From NCBI RefSeq assembly GCF_913020055.1, contig NZ_CAJWCF010000006.1, forward strand, positions 8,273 to 72,272: 64,000 bases of DNA. The letters run 5' to 3'. A program made the position numbers and the translations under genes. The notes under the pieces are model-generated. The model made no database searches, had not been told where the DNA came from, and was given only the letters and a program-made list of their open reading frames with translations. Source of the stretch: an uncultured Paraglaciecola sp. (lineage in GTDB: Bacteria; Pseudomonadota; Gammaproteobacteria; Enterobacterales; Alteromonadaceae). Of the stretch, positions 37,835-49,880 are shown in pieces; within the stretch, counting starts at the first letter, position 1; every line of letters starts with the position of its first letter.

Positions 37835-40603
37835 ATGAAACGTTTTAATTCTACTCAATTAAAATTCGCGTTAGCAGTTGTAGCATTAGGGGTGTTATCC
37901 GGTTGCAGTAAACAAACTAGTGACGAATATATAAAAGAAGCGCAACAATATGTCGCTGAAAATGATCCGGGGGCTGCAATAGTAGCGCTGAAAAATGCGG
38001 TGCAAATTGAACCAAAGTCAGCTCAAGCAAGGTTTGAACTTGGCAAACTCTATATTCAACAAAAACAATTTGAAAGCGCTGAAAAAGAGCTTAACCGTGC
38101 TTTAGACTATGGCTTTGAAGCAGCAAAAGTATTACCGCTATTAACTCAAGCTTATCAGCGCACTGGCGCCTATTCAGCTATCAGTAAAATAGAACATAAG
38201 GATAGTGGTTTAACCTCAGTTGAACGTGCTGAAATCGGCTATTTCAAAGTGGTGTCTTTGGCCCGATTAAATAAGTTAGATGAAGCTCGCTTATTGATTG
38301 AAGAATTATCTGAAATAGAAACGAGTTCTGTTTTTAAGGGCCTGACTGCAGCTTATATGGTGGTGTTAGATCAAGAGTATGAAAAAGCGTCAGCTTTGGT
38401 ATCAGAGCTTCGCGAACGAGCGCCGCAAAATGCAGAAATATTGAAGTTATTAGCACAACTAAAATTGTCACTTGGTGCACCAGATGAAGCTGCTGAGATA
38501 TTTAAAGACTATGTGCAGTTTTATCCTGAAGATAAACAAACAACTTTTGTATTGGCCAAGTTATTGGTCGATATAGGTGATTTAGCCGCAGCCGATCCCT
38601 ACTTAGATGAACTTCTCTTGTTGAATGATCAAAATCCTCTTTTGAATCAATTGAAGGCTGCAACTTATGCACAACAAGGTGATTATGCTAATGCCTTAAA
38701 ACGAGCAGAAGTTGCCATTATGGGAAATGTTGAAGCTCCGTCGATTCGCCTGATTGCAGGTTATTCAGCCTATCAACTTCAAGACTTCTCAAGTGCCCAT
38801 CGACATTTGACTTACATCGCGGCCTTGTTGCCAGATAATCATCCTGGCCTTAAATTACTCGCAGCCAGTCAGTTACAACTAGGTTTAACCTCAGAAGTCG
38901 GAGACGTGTTGGAAAGACTCGATCAGTTAACAGAAGAGGATGCGCCTTTATTTTCCAAGGCCAGTTTTGAATTACTGCGAGATGGTTTTGAAAAAGATGC
39001 CAAAGTGTTAATTGAAAAATCTACTGATATTAGCCGTACCGCTGAAGATTTAACGCGCTTAGGACTATTACAACTTTCACTTAATAACCTTGATGGCATA
39101 GTAAACCTAGAAGAGGCGGTTAGTAAGTCTCCTGAATTAGAGAGCGCACAAACTACTTTAGCAAAAGCTTATTTAGTGACGAAGCAATATGACAAAGCGC
39201 TAGAACTGGCAAATAATTGGAAAAAAACCAGCCCTACTGATTCAAAACCCTATTTATTGGCTGGCGATATTTATACAAGGCAAAAGAAATTTGCAGAGGC
39301 AACAGTAGAAATTGAGAAAGCGTCTGCTTTAGACAGTAATAGTCCCATTTCAAGTTTGGCTATGGTTAATGTGATGGTGGCGCAAAAAGAAATGCAAAAA
39401 GCGAATCTATTATTAGAGCAGATGCTAATTGAATTTCCGAATAATGTACCTGTTCTGGCCACCAATTATTTGGTTAGTAAACAAATCAATAAACTATCTT
39501 CAGGGATTGAAAAAATTCAATCTGCTTTTGACCGCGACCCTGCCAATATTGCTGCCAGGTTACTTTTAGCAAGGGTTCAAGTAGTCGAAACCAATTATGA
39601 AACCGCTATTGAACTGTTAACCGAAGTAAAAGACCAGAAAGACTTGCCAAAAGGTTATTGGAAAACTTTAGGCCAAAGCTACATTAAAACTAATCAATTA
39701 AGGCCGGCAACACTGCATTACGATGCGTGGTTAGCTATTGAACCCAATGATAAGGACGCCATAATCGGTAAATTATTATTACTCGACAATCAGAATAAGC
39801 TTACAGAGGCATCACAATTAACCCAAGGTTACCTGAAGAATCGTGATGACGTGCAGATGCAGTTGTTAAACACTCACTTTTTGCTGATGCAGACAGATTA
39901 CCCTGCTGCACAAAAGGCATATGATGATTTGCCAGAAAATGTGCTTGGATTACCTTTGGCTAAAAGCTTTCTGGCGCGCTTTCAGTTAAACAACAATCAA
40001 CCAGAGTTAGCATTAGAAAACGCGCTGATTGCTTATAACGCAACGCCAAATAATAGAAACTTGATCCTGTTGTCGTTTACTTACGACTCATTGGAGCAGC
40101 GTGACAAGACCTTTGAGTTACTTAAGCAGCATGTTGAAAAACAACCCAAAGATTTGGCTGCTAAAATGTTATTGGCCGAAAGGCAGATAGGAGGTGATGT
40201 AGCAGGCGCAATCGCAACCTATGAAGTGGCCTTACAACAAAACCCCAATAATTATATAGCCCACAATAATTTAGCGTATTTATATTTACAAAAAGGGGAT
40301 ATAGATAAGGCTAAGGGGTTTGGACAAAAAGCAGTTGAACTTCAACCCAATAACTCAGCTGCGTTGGATACCTTAGCGCAAATATATGTGGCGGAAAAAG
40401 ACTATAAAGAGGCGTTAAGTCTATATGAACGAGCGATAACTGATGCCATGCAAAATGAGGAAATATATCTCAATTATGTCGAAGCACTATTATTGGCAGA
40501 AGAAACCTTTTTAGCTAAACGTAAACTTAGCCAGCGCGAAATGAAGCTAGAAGCATCTCTTATCAGAGAAGCCAAGCTAAAAGCTGATTATGGTCTTGAG
40601 TAA
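37835..40603 (+). CDS. prsT: PEP-CTERM/XrtA system TPR-repeat lipoprotein (PrsT-like)
   Basis: 922 aa, lipobox LSGC, AIVALKNAVQ..P...ARFELG, TPR repeats throughout, AHNNLAYL and AALDTLAQ near the C-terminus. Confidence 0.82.
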   Translation: MKRFNSTQLKFALAVVALGVLSGCSKQTSDEYIKEAQQYVAENDPGAAIVALKNAVQIEPKSAQARFELGKLYIQQKQFESAEKELNRALDYGFEAAKVLPLLTQAYQRTGAYSAISKIEHKDSGLTSVERAEIGYFKVVSLARLNKLDEARLLIEELSEIETSSVFKGLTAAYMVVLDQEYEKASALVSELRERAPQNAEILKLLAQLKLSLGAPDEAAEIFKDYVQFYPEDKQTTFVLAKLLVDIGDLAAADPYLDELLLLNDQNPLLNQLKAATYAQQGDYANALKRAEVAIMGNVEAPSIRLIAGYSAYQLQDFSSAHRHLTYIAALLPDNHPGLKLLAASQLQLGLTSEVGDVLERLDQLTEEDAPLFSKASFELLRDGFEKDAKVLIEKSTDISRTAEDLTRLGLLQLSLNNLDGIVNLEEAVSKSPELESAQTTLAKAYLVTKQYDKALELANNWKKTSPTDSKPYLLAGDIYTRQKKFAEATVEIEKASALDSNSPISSLAMVNVMVAQKEMQKANLLLEQMLIEFPNNVPVLATNYLVSKQINKLSSGIEKIQSAFDRDPANIAARLLLARVQVVETNYETAIELLTEVKDQKDLPKGYWKTLGQSYIKTNQLRPATLHYDAWLAIEPNDKDAIIGKLLLLDNQNKLTEASQLTQGYLKNRDDVQMQLLNTHFLLMQTDYPAAQKAYDDLPENVLGLPLAKSFLARFQLNNNQPELALENALIAYNATPNNRNLILLSFTYDSLEQRDKTFELLKQHVEKQPKDLAAKMLLAERQIGGDVAGAIATYEVALQQNPNNYIAHNNLAYLYLQKGDIDKAKGFGQKAVELQPNNSAALDTLAQIYVAEKDYKEALSLYERAITDAMQNEEIYLNYVEALLLAEETFLAKRKLSQREMKLEASLIREAKLKADYGLE

Positions 40604-40651
40604 TACTTGATTAGGTTGAGGTTATTCAGGTAAATGTTAGGAATACTGATT

Positions 40652-40677
40652 AAAAGGCTACGTTTGTAGCCTTTTTT
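40652..40677 (+). terminator. Intrinsic terminator after prsT
   Basis: AAAAGGCTAC-GTTT-GTAGCCTTTT followed by TT. Confidence 0.85.
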
Positions 40678-40899
40678 ATGTTGATTGTTATTGAGGTTTT
40701 TTGAACTATTGGCTAACAAAATATACGACACCGGACTCTTGATAATAGTGAAGAGTATTGTTGGGAATCATTCGCGTTGTCCAGACTAAATGAATATAGA
40801 GTGTTGGAATTCTGCTACTTAAAGCCAGTCTAAACTGGCGACATATCGAATGGGATTATTATTTCGACCACTAAATGAGTGGCTAATTTTAACCACTCA

Positions 40900-41286
40900 T
40901 TAGGAGAATAGGCGTGCTTCACCGGCTTGGCGTCTTTTGGCTTTTAGAACTAATAATAGTGTAATAAACCCAGGTAACGCCTGTACATATAGGATACTGG
41001 TTTTAGCTGTGAGACCACCAAAAATGCCAGCAATAGTGATACATAAGAGTAGAAATACTTTTAGACTTTGATTACCGCTGATTAATCCCCAAAGTAAACC
41101 AAAACCTAAAAAGCTATTATATAAACCTTGATTCATAGCCAAAATTTCAGACGACTTTGCAACCTCTTCTGTCATTGAAAATATTTTTTGGCCAATAGGA
41201 TGATTCCAGAAAAACATCTCTAATACCATTATGCCTATATGCAATAGGGCGACTGAAAAGGTCATAAAACCAGCTAAAAACTTCAT
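40900..41286 (-). CDS. DUF1304 membrane protein
   Basis: HIGIMVLEMFFW, LAMNQGLYNSFL, GGLTAKTSILYVQALP. Confidence 0.88.
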   Translation of the reverse strand: MKFLAGFMTFSVALLHIGIMVLEMFFWNHPIGQKIFSMTEEVAKSSEILAMNQGLYNSFLGFGLLWGLISGNQSLKVFLLLCITIAGIFGGLTAKTSILYVQALPGFITLLLVLKAKRRQAGEARLFS

Positions 41287-41450
41287 TAATAATACCTTGG
41301 CTACTTTGCATCAGATGTATTTTTTATAGTGTGGTAAATTGACTTCAGTTGCAAGGACTGGCGCAGATACCAGTGTCTTAATTTGCAGACTTTAAGGTTT
41401 ACATTATTCTTGTCGACATAAAAAAGTGCAATTAAGCATAGAGTAGAAAC

Positions 41451-41473
41451 AAAAAAGCGCCTCGCGGCGCTTT
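41451..41473 (-). terminator. Intrinsic terminator at the end of the hfq-hflXKC operon
   Basis: AAAGCGCC-TCGC-GGCGCTTT with an A tract on the left. Confidence 0.8.
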
Positions 41474-41496
41474 CAAATATACATAGATTGTTATAG

Positions 41497-42378
41497 TTAT
41501 TTTCCGATAGGATTCTTCATATATCGGAAGAAGTCACTGTCCGGCTCTACAACCAACACATCTTGTTTGCTACTAAAGCTTTTCTTGTAAGCGTCCATAC
41601 TACGTAAAAAGCTATAAAAATCAGCATTCTTGGAGTAAGTTTCAGCGTAAATTTGCGCTGCTTGTGCTTCACCTTCACCTTGCAGTTTACGTAAATTACG
41701 TTCTGCGTCAGCTAACATAACAGTGATTTTGGCATCGATATCAGCTTTAATAAATTCAGCTTTTTCTTTACCTTCAGAGCGATGCTCTCTCGCTACCGCT
41801 TCACGTTCTGTGCGCATGCGTTGGAAAATAAAGTTCCGAACTTCAAGTGGTAAGTTGATTTGTTTAACACGTACATCAATAATCTCTATTCCTAGCTCAT
41901 CCGAGCTAGTAGAAGCTTGTTCCATGGCTTCATCCATTAACTCTGAACGTTCACCAGACACAATTTGCTGAATAGTACGTGTACCAAATTCAGATCGTAG
42001 ACCGTTATTTACTTTTTGTTGTAACAGTATTTCTGCGCTAGATTTGATACCACCAGTCGCAAGGTAATACTTAGCGAAGTCTTCAATTTTCCACTTAACA
42101 TACAAGTCGACAATCAAATCCTTTTTCTCAGAAGTCACAAAGCGGTCGGGTGCTTCATCTAACGTTTGAATACGAGCATCAAGCGTTACCACACGGTCAA
42201 AGAAAGGTAGCTTTAAATGTAAACCCGGTTCGAAAACTCTGGTTACATCCGTTTCACTGTCTCTTTGTACTTTACCAAACTGGATAACAATCGCTTTGTT
42301 GCCTTCTTCAACAACAAACAAAGAACCAAATACGAGTAGGCCTAACGCCACAATAATTAAAGCAATAAAATTTTTCAT
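41497..42378 (-). CDS. hflC: FtsH protease modulator HflC
   Basis: SPFH domain, LDARIQTLD, RFVTSEKKDLIVD, RMRTER, FYSFLRSM. Confidence 0.96.
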   Translation of the reverse strand: MKNFIALIIVALGLLVFGSLFVVEEGNKAIVIQFGKVQRDSETDVTRVFEPGLHLKLPFFDRVVTLDARIQTLDEAPDRFVTSEKKDLIVDLYVKWKIEDFAKYYLATGGIKSSAEILLQQKVNNGLRSEFGTRTIQQIVSGERSELMDEAMEQASTSSDELGIEIIDVRVKQINLPLEVRNFIFQRMRTEREAVAREHRSEGKEKAEFIKADIDAKITVMLADAERNLRKLQGEGEAQAAQIYAETYSKNADFYSFLRSMDAYKKSFSSKQDVLVVEPDSDFFRYMKNPIGK

Positions 42379-42381
42379 GGT

Positions 42382-43539
42382 TTAGTTTCTCCCACTACGT
42401 ACGCCACTACTGCGGCTGTTTCTGGAGTTGTTGCTAACTGGTTGTGGATCAGCTTCCTGATTACGCAAACCCTCTAAAGTACTGCGAATATTCGCAGGAA
42501 CAGTTGGCCCAGATTGATTCCCCAGTATTTTGTCCAGTGGCAAATACATCATGTTGCCAGTGCCTTCAGTGTCCACCAAAATTTTGCTGGTATTACTGTA
42601 AACTTCTTCCATTGTTTCAAGGTAAATACGGCTACGAGTCACTTCTGGCGCAGCAATATATTGAGGTAATAATTCCTCAAATCGTGCGATTGCACCCTGT
42701 GCTTCCAATGTCACTCGTTCCTTATAGGCTTGAGCTTCTTGTGCCATCCGGTTAACTTGACCACGTGCTCTAGGTTCAAGTTCTCGAGAGTAAGCTTCAG
42801 CTTCGTTGATAAAGCGCTGTTCATCTTCTTGTGCTGCAATTGCATCGTCAAAAGCTTCTTTCACTTCTTCTGGAGGTCTTGCATCTTTAAAGTTCATGTC
42901 GAGAACGGCTATACCCATGTCGTAAGATTCAATAATGCCGGTCAATTCATCTCTTACGCTTTGTCTCGCCACTTCACGACCACTTGTTAGTACATCATCC
43001 ATTTTTGAATGACCCACTACGTAACGAATTGCACTATCAAATGCCTGACTTAAACTCTCTTCAGGGCTAGTTACGGCAAAACTGTATTTGTAAGGTTCGA
43101 GAATACGGTATTGGACTTCCATCTCAACACGTACCACGTTTTCATCCTCAGTTAACATTGAACCAGATGAAGGCATAGAGCGAATCGTTTGCACGTCTAC
43201 AGGTTTAACAGTGTCGACGAATGTTGGTTTCCAACGCAGCCCAGGATCGACGAAATGGCTAAATTCGCCAAAACGCAACACTACGCCACGTTCGGCTTCA
43301 CGAATAGTATAGAAACCACTAAACACCCAACCAATGACTAATATGCCAAAAATAACGGCGATACCTATACCACCAAGGCTTTTACCCCCTGATGAGCCAC
43401 TATTGCCGCCACCGCCAAATTTGCCAAACTTATTCATTAAGTTTTTGAAAACCTCATCTAAATCAGGTGGGCCTTGATCTCGGCCGCCCTTGTTTTTCCA
43501 AGGATCATTATTGTTTCCACCGGGCTCATTCCAAGCCAT
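42382..43539 (-). CDS. hflK: FtsH protease modulator HflK
   Basis: MAWNEPG, GRDQGPPDLDE, MLTEDENVV, FDDAIAAQEDE. Confidence 0.96.
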   Translation of the reverse strand: MAWNEPGGNNNDPWKNKGGRDQGPPDLDEVFKNLMNKFGKFGGGGNSGSSGGKSLGGIGIAVIFGILVIGWVFSGFYTIREAERGVVLRFGEFSHFVDPGLRWKPTFVDTVKPVDVQTIRSMPSSGSMLTEDENVVRVEMEVQYRILEPYKYSFAVTSPEESLSQAFDSAIRYVVGHSKMDDVLTSGREVARQSVRDELTGIIESYDMGIAVLDMNFKDARPPEEVKEAFDDAIAAQEDEQRFINEAEAYSRELEPRARGQVNRMAQEAQAYKERVTLEAQGAIARFEELLPQYIAAPEVTRSRIYLETMEEVYSNTSKILVDTEGTGNMMYLPLDKILGNQSGPTVPANIRSTLEGLRNQEADPQPVSNNSRNSRSSGVRSGRN

Positions 43540-43621
43540 TATTTCTCTCCAACTAGTTAATTCAATAAATAGGTCTATGACCAATACGAGTTTTTAAAAA
43601 TTTTTGATCTGTTTTATGTTG

Positions 43622-44911
43622 CTAATTTTTTACTATATATGACTCTAAATCAACGTCGACACGTTTAATAAGTCTATTCCAATCACTTTGCTCCATTCGC
43701 ACTTCGACTTGCCAATCGCCATTTTCGGCATAATCTTGTGATGCAATGCAGTTCATCTCAAAAAACACACCTCGCAAATTACTTTTCTGCGGTGGAATCA
43801 ACAGGCTATGTTGTACCATGTTTTTTGATAAACATTCAGTAATTGCGTCGAGCAGCAAATCAATACCAATACCTTGCTGGGCAGATATCCAAACACGAAT
43901 AGGCATGCCTGATTCATCTCGATCTATTTTCGCACTGACGCCACCCATGCGATCAATTTTGTTACACACCACCAATTGCTGAATATCATTGGCTTCTATC
44001 TCTTCAAGTACTTCATTTACCTGTCCGATATTCTCTCGAAATTGGTCGTCAGAATAATCGACTACATGTAATAACAAGTCTGCCTGTTGCGTTTCTTGTA
44101 AAGTCGCTTTAAAAGCCGCAATAAGATCATGGGGGAGGTGGCGGATAAAACCAACCGTATCAGCAAGAATGGCTGAACCAACATCTTGTAACTGAATCTT
44201 TCTAAGTGTTGGATCAAGCGTGGCAAACAGTTGATCAGCCGCATATACAGATGACTGTGTCATGGTATTAAACAACGTTGACTTGCCTGCGTTGGTATAC
44301 CCGACTAAGGAGACCGTTGGTATTTCTGCTCGAATTCTGGAACGACGGCCTTGCTCCCGTTGTTTTTGAACTTTGTCGAGGCGGCGTTGAATTGCCTTGA
44401 CTCTTGCTCTTAATAGTCGCCTGTCAGTTTCAAGTTGACTTTCACCTGGGCCGCGTAAACCAATTCCACCTTTTTGTTTATCTAGGTGAGTCCAGCCACG
44501 AATCAAACGAGTGCTGATATGCCGAAGTTGTGCAAGCTCTACTTGTAACTTACCTTCGTGGGTTCGGGCTCTCTGAGAAAAAATATCTAAAATCAGTCCA
44601 GTGCGGTCCAGTACTCGACATTGACAAAGCTGTTCTAGATTACGCTCTTGGGAAGGGGACAAACTATGATTGAAAATCACCACATCAGCTTGCTGTGCTC
44701 TTACAGCATTCGCAATTTCTTCAGCTTTACCGCTACCTACAAAATAACGTTCTTGGGGTGCTTGTCTAGAACCCGTGACAACATCAATAGCGTTCACACC
44801 AGCAGACGACACAAGTAATTGTAATTCTAATAAATCTTCTTTGCTATTTTCATCAGCAAAATCAACATGCACTAAAACAGCTTGCTCACCTGCTGCATAA
44901 CGGTCAAACAA
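43622..44911 (-). CDS. hflX: Ribosome rescue GTPase HflX
   Basis: GYTNAGKST, DQLFATLDPT, DTVGF, NKID. Confidence 0.96.
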   Translation of the reverse strand: MFDRYAAGEQAVLVHVDFADENSKEDLLELQLLVSSAGVNAIDVVTGSRQAPQERYFVGSGKAEEIANAVRAQQADVVIFNHSLSPSQERNLEQLCQCRVLDRTGLILDIFSQRARTHEGKLQVELAQLRHISTRLIRGWTHLDKQKGGIGLRGPGESQLETDRRLLRARVKAIQRRLDKVQKQREQGRRSRIRAEIPTVSLVGYTNAGKSTLFNTMTQSSVYAADQLFATLDPTLRKIQLQDVGSAILADTVGFIRHLPHDLIAAFKATLQETQQADLLLHVVDYSDDQFRENIGQVNEVLEEIEANDIQQLVVCNKIDRMGGVSAKIDRDESGMPIRVWISAQQGIGIDLLLDAITECLSKNMVQHSLLIPPQKSNLRGVFFEMNCIASQDYAENGDWQVEVRMEQSDWNRLIKRVDVDLESYIVKN

Positions 44912-44930
44912 GCCACTCTCCTAAAACCAT

Positions 44931-45179
<249 letters not shown>

Positions 45180-45253
45180 CTATCCTTTTTATTCTTATAA
45201 ATTTTACCCTAAAACAGGATTATACAGTAAAACATATAGCTGTATAGGCCGCC

Positions 45254-46207
45254 TTAGGATTGAAGTTGACTCAGTTTAATAACTTTCGACAGATTGTCTA
45301 AAGAAAATGTATCCAATGAGTAAATATTTTCCCATCCTCTTAGCCATGTTAACTGCCTTTTGGCTAATTGCCGAGTCGCGGCGATAGACTTTTCACGCAT
45401 TTCGTTAAAATCAAAATCACCATCCAGATACTGCCACATTTGTCTATACCCAACACATCTAATAGAGGGTAAGTTCAAATGTAGATCACTCCTACCTTTT
45501 AATTTTTCAACTTCCGCCTGAAACCCTGTATCGACCATTATTTGAAATCGCTGAGCAATACGTTCATGCAGAACTTTACGATCGTCGGGAGCGATACAAA
45601 ACTGCTTTATATTATAGGGTATGGGGGCGGATTTAGTTGCCATCAAGTCTGTCATTGAGCGATTGGTTAGAAGATAAACTTCTAAGGCCCGAATTAAACG
45701 TTGGGGATCATTCGGGTGTATACGTTTAGCAGAGGTAGGGTCGAATTGCGCTAATTGTTGATGTAATACATTCCAACCTGATTTTTCGGCCTGTGCTTCT
45801 ATGGCTTGCCTTACATTTTGATCAGACTCAGGTAAGGGCGAAAGTCCGTCAATTAAAGCTTTGTAATACATCATAGTGCCACCCACTAATAATGGGATAT
45901 TGCCTCTAGCGGTGATGTCTTGCATGGCTAAAAGGGCATCTTTTCTGAATTCGGCCACTGAGTAACTCTGAGCAGGATCTAAAATATCAATTAACTTATG
46001 TGGTGCTATTTTTAACTCAGCAGCGTTTGGTTTAGCTGTGCCTATGTCCATGCCACGGTAAATCAACGCAGAATCAACACTGATTATTTCACAGGGTAAA
46101 TTTTCGCAAAGTTCAATTGCGAGGTCTGTTTTGCCTGAGGCAGTAGGCCCCATCAAAAACAATGCTGGTGGTAACGAGTTAGGGGAATGTACGATGTGAT
46201 CACTCAT
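45254..46207 (-). CDS. miaA: tRNA (adenosine(37)-N6)-dimethylallyltransferase
   Basis: [45 protein letters not shown]. Confidence 0.97.
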   Translation of the reverse strand: MSDHIVHSPNSLPPALFLMGPTASGKTDLAIELCENLPCEIISVDSALIYRGMDIGTAKPNAAELKIAPHKLIDILDPAQSYSVAEFRKDALLAMQDITARGNIPLLVGGTMMYYKALIDGLSPLPESDQNVRQAIEAQAEKSGWNVLHQQLAQFDPTSAKRIHPNDPQRLIRALEVYLLTNRSMTDLMATKSAPIPYNIKQFCIAPDDRKVLHERIAQRFQIMVDTGFQAEVEKLKGRSDLHLNLPSIRCVGYRQMWQYLDGDFDFNEMREKSIAATRQLAKRQLTWLRGWENIYSLDTFSLDNLSKVIKLSQLQS

Positions 46208-48008
46208 AGGATTTTAACCACCCATCTAAATCCACCAATTTACCTATTTGAGCTACATCACGTTTTAAGTTAACTGAGGTATTAGCAAATTGTTGCCACA
46301 GCTCCTGAACCTGATTCGCACCTATATCTTCATTTGAAACAATACATGTTAGCAAGTGCTCACGCACTTGATGAGTTTCTATTTTTGGACACGCTAAAAT
46401 ATCTTCTAAACATTCACTCCAACGAAATGGCCTTAATCCAGCGGGTACTTTTCGTAAAATAATTCTATTTGGGGTCCAGCCAATTTCCACATTATTTTCT
46501 AGAAGTGGCTGATAAAGTAATTTTGCTTGTGTTAGTAATTCAGCCGAGGATGTAATTGAAATAGGCATCAACAAAGGTTGGCTAACGGGCATCGAATCAG
46601 AGTACAGCTTAGACATCACACTAAGATGCAGTGCTTTTGTCTCGAGTAAATAAAACTTATGCTCAATATTAAGTAAGATTTGTTTATCTGTTACTTGAAG
46701 CCATTGCCCAGGAATCGTGATTGAACTGTTCGTTGAATTAGTGTGCTGTGTCGGCGTCATCAACTGTTGGTAGTTCTTTGAAGTTTGATTAATGACTTGA
46801 GAAGAGTTAACCAAGTGCTCGGCCATTCCTTTTTTTACCAATGTATTGGTATAGCCAAAAGATTGAGTCTTAGTTCCAGAATAGCTTGATGGAACTTCAT
46901 CCACTTTTGGTTCAGGTGCTGGCCTTTGCAAAGGTTGAATATAATCATGCTTAGGTTCGGCCTGGGGCAAAATATTTACTTCAGCATTTGGTTGTTGTTG
47001 CCCTTGTTGAAAATATTGATTCAGCGTGTCTGTTAATGCTCTGTAAATAAAATCATGTACCAAACGTGCCTGATGAAACCTGACTTCATGTTTGGCCGGA
47101 TGTACATTTACATCCACTTGATTTGGCTCAAGGGTCAAATACAGTACATAGGCGGGATATAAATCGGCACCAATAAGCCCTTCAAACGCTTGGCGAACAG
47201 CATGATTGATTAACTTATCGCGCATCATGCGTCCGTTTACATAGAAATACTGGAATTCAGCTTGAGCTTTAGCTTGTTCTGGTTGAACTAACCAACCTTT
47301 TAACTCAAATTGTTGATACTGACTATTTAGCTCAATGCAATGTTCGCTAAATTCTTTGCCGCAAATCGCACTTAAGCGTTTTATCTCAGTACCTTGCGCT
47401 TTCACTGCTGGGTACTTTCGCAGTAATTTACCATTATGTTTAAGACTAAAGCTCACATCAAAACGACTTAACGCAATACGCCTCACTATTTCATCTATAT
47501 GGGCGAATTCAGTTTTTTCAGTTCTTAAAAACTTGCGCCTGGCAGGGGTATTAAAAAACAAATCTACCACATCAACACTGGTGCCATCGGGATGGGCCAC
47601 CGGATTGAGTTGAACCTGCATTTCACGGCCTTCACAGTGGGCTTGCCAAGCTTGATTCTGGTTTTTTGGTTTCGAGCTTAAGCTTAAACGAGCAACGGAA
47701 CTGATACTTGCCAAGGCTTCACCACGAAATCCCAAACTACAAATGGTTTCTAAATCTTCTAATTTGACAATTTTACTGGTGGCATGGCGACTTAGCGCCA
47801 AAGCGAGTTCTTCATGCACAATGCCGCTACCGTTATCACGGATTAAAATGCGTTTATGACCACCTTTCTCGATATCAATTTCAATTGATGTTGCCCCTGA
47901 ATCGAGGCTGTTTTCCACTAACTCTTTAACCACAGAAGCAGGGCGTTCAACCACTTCTCCAGCGGCAATTTGGTTGGCTAATCTAGCGGGAAGAATTTGA
48001 ATCGGCAA
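46200..48008 (-). CDS. mutL: DNA mismatch repair protein MutL
   Basis: [49 protein letters not shown]. Confidence 0.97.
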   Translation of the reverse strand: MPIQILPARLANQIAAGEVVERPASVVKELVENSLDSGATSIEIDIEKGGHKRILIRDNGSGIVHEELALALSRHATSKIVKLEDLETICSLGFRGEALASISSVARLSLSSKPKNQNQAWQAHCEGREMQVQLNPVAHPDGTSVDVVDLFFNTPARRKFLRTEKTEFAHIDEIVRRIALSRFDVSFSLKHNGKLLRKYPAVKAQGTEIKRLSAICGKEFSEHCIELNSQYQQFELKGWLVQPEQAKAQAEFQYFYVNGRMMRDKLINHAVRQAFEGLIGADLYPAYVLYLTLEPNQVDVNVHPAKHEVRFHQARLVHDFIYRALTDTLNQYFQQGQQQPNAEVNILPQAEPKHDYIQPLQRPAPEPKVDEVPSSYSGTKTQSFGYTNTLVKKGMAEHLVNSSQVINQTSKNYQQLMTPTQHTNSTNSSITIPGQWLQVTDKQILLNIEHKFYLLETKALHLSVMSKLYSDSMPVSQPLLMPISITSSAELLTQAKLLYQPLLENNVEIGWTPNRIILRKVPAGLRPFRWSECLEDILACPKIETHQVREHLLTCIVSNEDIGANQVQELWQQFANTSVNLKRDVAQIGKLVDLDGWLKSYE

Positions 48009-48043
48009 AACAATGACCTTGGTATAAATGCTAAACGAGTGGA

Positions 48044-49378
48044 TTAGGTACTAGGGATCGTCAGAACTTGTCCAATACGTACCATATTGGTATTGAGATT
48101 ATTGGCTTTTTTAAGAGAACTGATTTGAACATTATAACGTTGAGCCAGTAAAGATAAAGATTCACCGCTGCGAACTCTATGAGTACGGTTTTCTTGTTTC
48201 CATTTAGCCCATAAGGAACCGTCAGGAGGCGATCCTTTGAAATGTTGTTTCAGGCCGTTAAATACGGATTGAGCTAGCTTCTGTCTGTACTTCGACCAAT
48301 TCAGGTTTTTCTCTTCTTTTGGATTAGAGATAAAGCCAGTTTCTACCAAAATCGAAGGGATATCTGGTGACGTTAACACCGCAAGACTCGCGGCTTGAGG
48401 TGTCTTTTTGTGTAACTTTGTGACTTTCTTTAGGTGTTTTATCATGTCACGACTCACGTCATAACTGGTGGTCAACGAATGATCCATAGACATATCGAGC
48501 AACGCTTGGGCTAGATAACGTTCATTTGCGGTATCTTGAATAATTTCAGCAGCACCACCTAATAATTCAGAATGGCGTTCGGTTCTTTCCATCCAACGAC
48601 CTAATTCAGTATTCGCTCTTTTCATGGATAAAACCCAAACAGACGCACCGTTAGGTTGAGGGGTAGTGAAGGCATCAGCATGAATTGACACAAACATATC
48701 TGCTTTGTTTTTTCTGGCAAGTTGCGGGCGCTTATTCGGCGAAATGTAATAATCACCGGTGCGTGTCATCACCGCTTTCATGCCTTTTTCTTGGTTGATT
48801 AAAGTTTCCAATCGTTTAGCTATACCTAAAGTGACATTTTTTTCGTAACTACCACTGGGCCCAATCGAGCCGGGATCTTCTCCACCGTGGCCCGCATCGA
48901 TAACGATCACAATGTCTCTGTCGGTTGTTGATTTGGCATTCAAAACAATTTGCGGCGCGGCGCTCTCTGGATCGTTTAAATCAATGACTAATCTATCGCC
49001 ATAAGGTGCAGTGGGTGGCAGAGCAAAAATATTTTTTTCGAGAGTTTTGTTTAATTCAATAACGACTCTTACTGCCCCTGGCTTTTTGGCCTTACTGTAA
49101 CGCACCTTTTTGACCAATTTACTGTCATTGGTAATCTTTGAAAAGTTGAACGTTTTTGGTGTGTTTTCTATGTCGATGACTAATCGTTGTGGGTTTTTTA
49201 AGGTGAAATAAGTGTATTTTGGGGTATCAGACAAATCGAAAACTAAACGAGTGGTACTGGGAGAAGGCCAAATACGTAACCCTTCGATAGTGTTTTTAGC
49301 AAAACTTGTCGTACTAAAAGCCATCAGTAAAAAACTGACTAATATTGCATTAAATTGTTGTGACCAAAATATTCGCAT
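48044..49378 (-). CDS. amiB: N-acetylmuramoyl-L-alanine amidase (AMIN + Amidase_3 + LysM)
   Basis: AMIN domain, [26 protein letters not shown]-terminal LysM; position in the superoperon. Confidence 0.92.
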   Translation of the reverse strand: MRIFWSQQFNAILVSFLLMAFSTTSFAKNTIEGLRIWPSPSTTRLVFDLSDTPKYTYFTLKNPQRLVIDIENTPKTFNFSKITNDSKLVKKVRYSKAKKPGAVRVVIELNKTLEKNIFALPPTAPYGDRLVIDLNDPESAAPQIVLNAKSTTDRDIVIVIDAGHGGEDPGSIGPSGSYEKNVTLGIAKRLETLINQEKGMKAVMTRTGDYYISPNKRPQLARKNKADMFVSIHADAFTTPQPNGASVWVLSMKRANTELGRWMERTERHSELLGGAAEIIQDTANERYLAQALLDMSMDHSLTTSYDVSRDMIKHLKKVTKLHKKTPQAASLAVLTSPDIPSILVETGFISNPKEEKNLNWSKYRQKLAQSVFNGLKQHFKGSPPDGSLWAKWKQENRTHRVRSGESLSLLAQRYNVQISSLKKANNLNTNMVRIGQVLTIPST

Positions 49379-49388
49379 TATTATTTTT

Positions 49389-49880
49389 CTAGTTTAATTG
49401 CTTAAGCAAATCAGAGCCTTTTGTAGACTTAGCCTGCATCGATAAGAAACGTCCTGTTTGCGTGTACTCAATACTAATGTGTAAATCTGCTGCTGCCAAG
49501 AGGCCAGCACCTTTGTCTGGCCATTCAATCAAACAAATACAATCAGCGTCGAAATAATCTCGAATGCCCATGAATTCTAATTCTTCAGGATCAGATAAAC
49601 GGTATAAGTCAAAGTGAAACACCCGCCAGTCAGCTATTTCATAAGGTTCAACCAAGGTATAAGTAGGGCTTTTGACATTACCTATATGGCCTAATCCTTG
49701 AATAAAACCACGACTAAAAGTAGTTTTACCAGCACCTAAATCCCCTTCAAGATATATCACAATTGATTGATGACAACACTTAGCCAATTTCCCTGCCAAA
49801 GCAACTGTGGCAGCTTCATTCACTAATTCATAGTGTATCGAGGGTAAATCAGCAGTAGGGGGAATCAAAGGAATACTCAT
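49389..49880 (-). CDS. tsaE: tRNA t6A biosynthesis ATPase TsaE
   Basis: [31 protein letters not shown]. Confidence 0.97.
   Translation of the reverse strand: MSIPLIPPTADLPSIHYELVNEAATVALAGKLAKCCHQSIVIYLEGDLGAGKTTFSRGFIQGLGHIGNVKSPTYTLVEPYEIADWRVFHFDLYRLSDPEELEFMGIRDYFDADCICLIEWPDKGAGLLAAADLHISIEYTQTGRFLSMQAKSTKGSDLLKQLN

Noticed and set aside
46200-46800. MutL lacking the DQHA(X)2E(X)4E endonuclease motif
   Set aside because: Expected for MutH-dependent gammaproteobacterial MutL.
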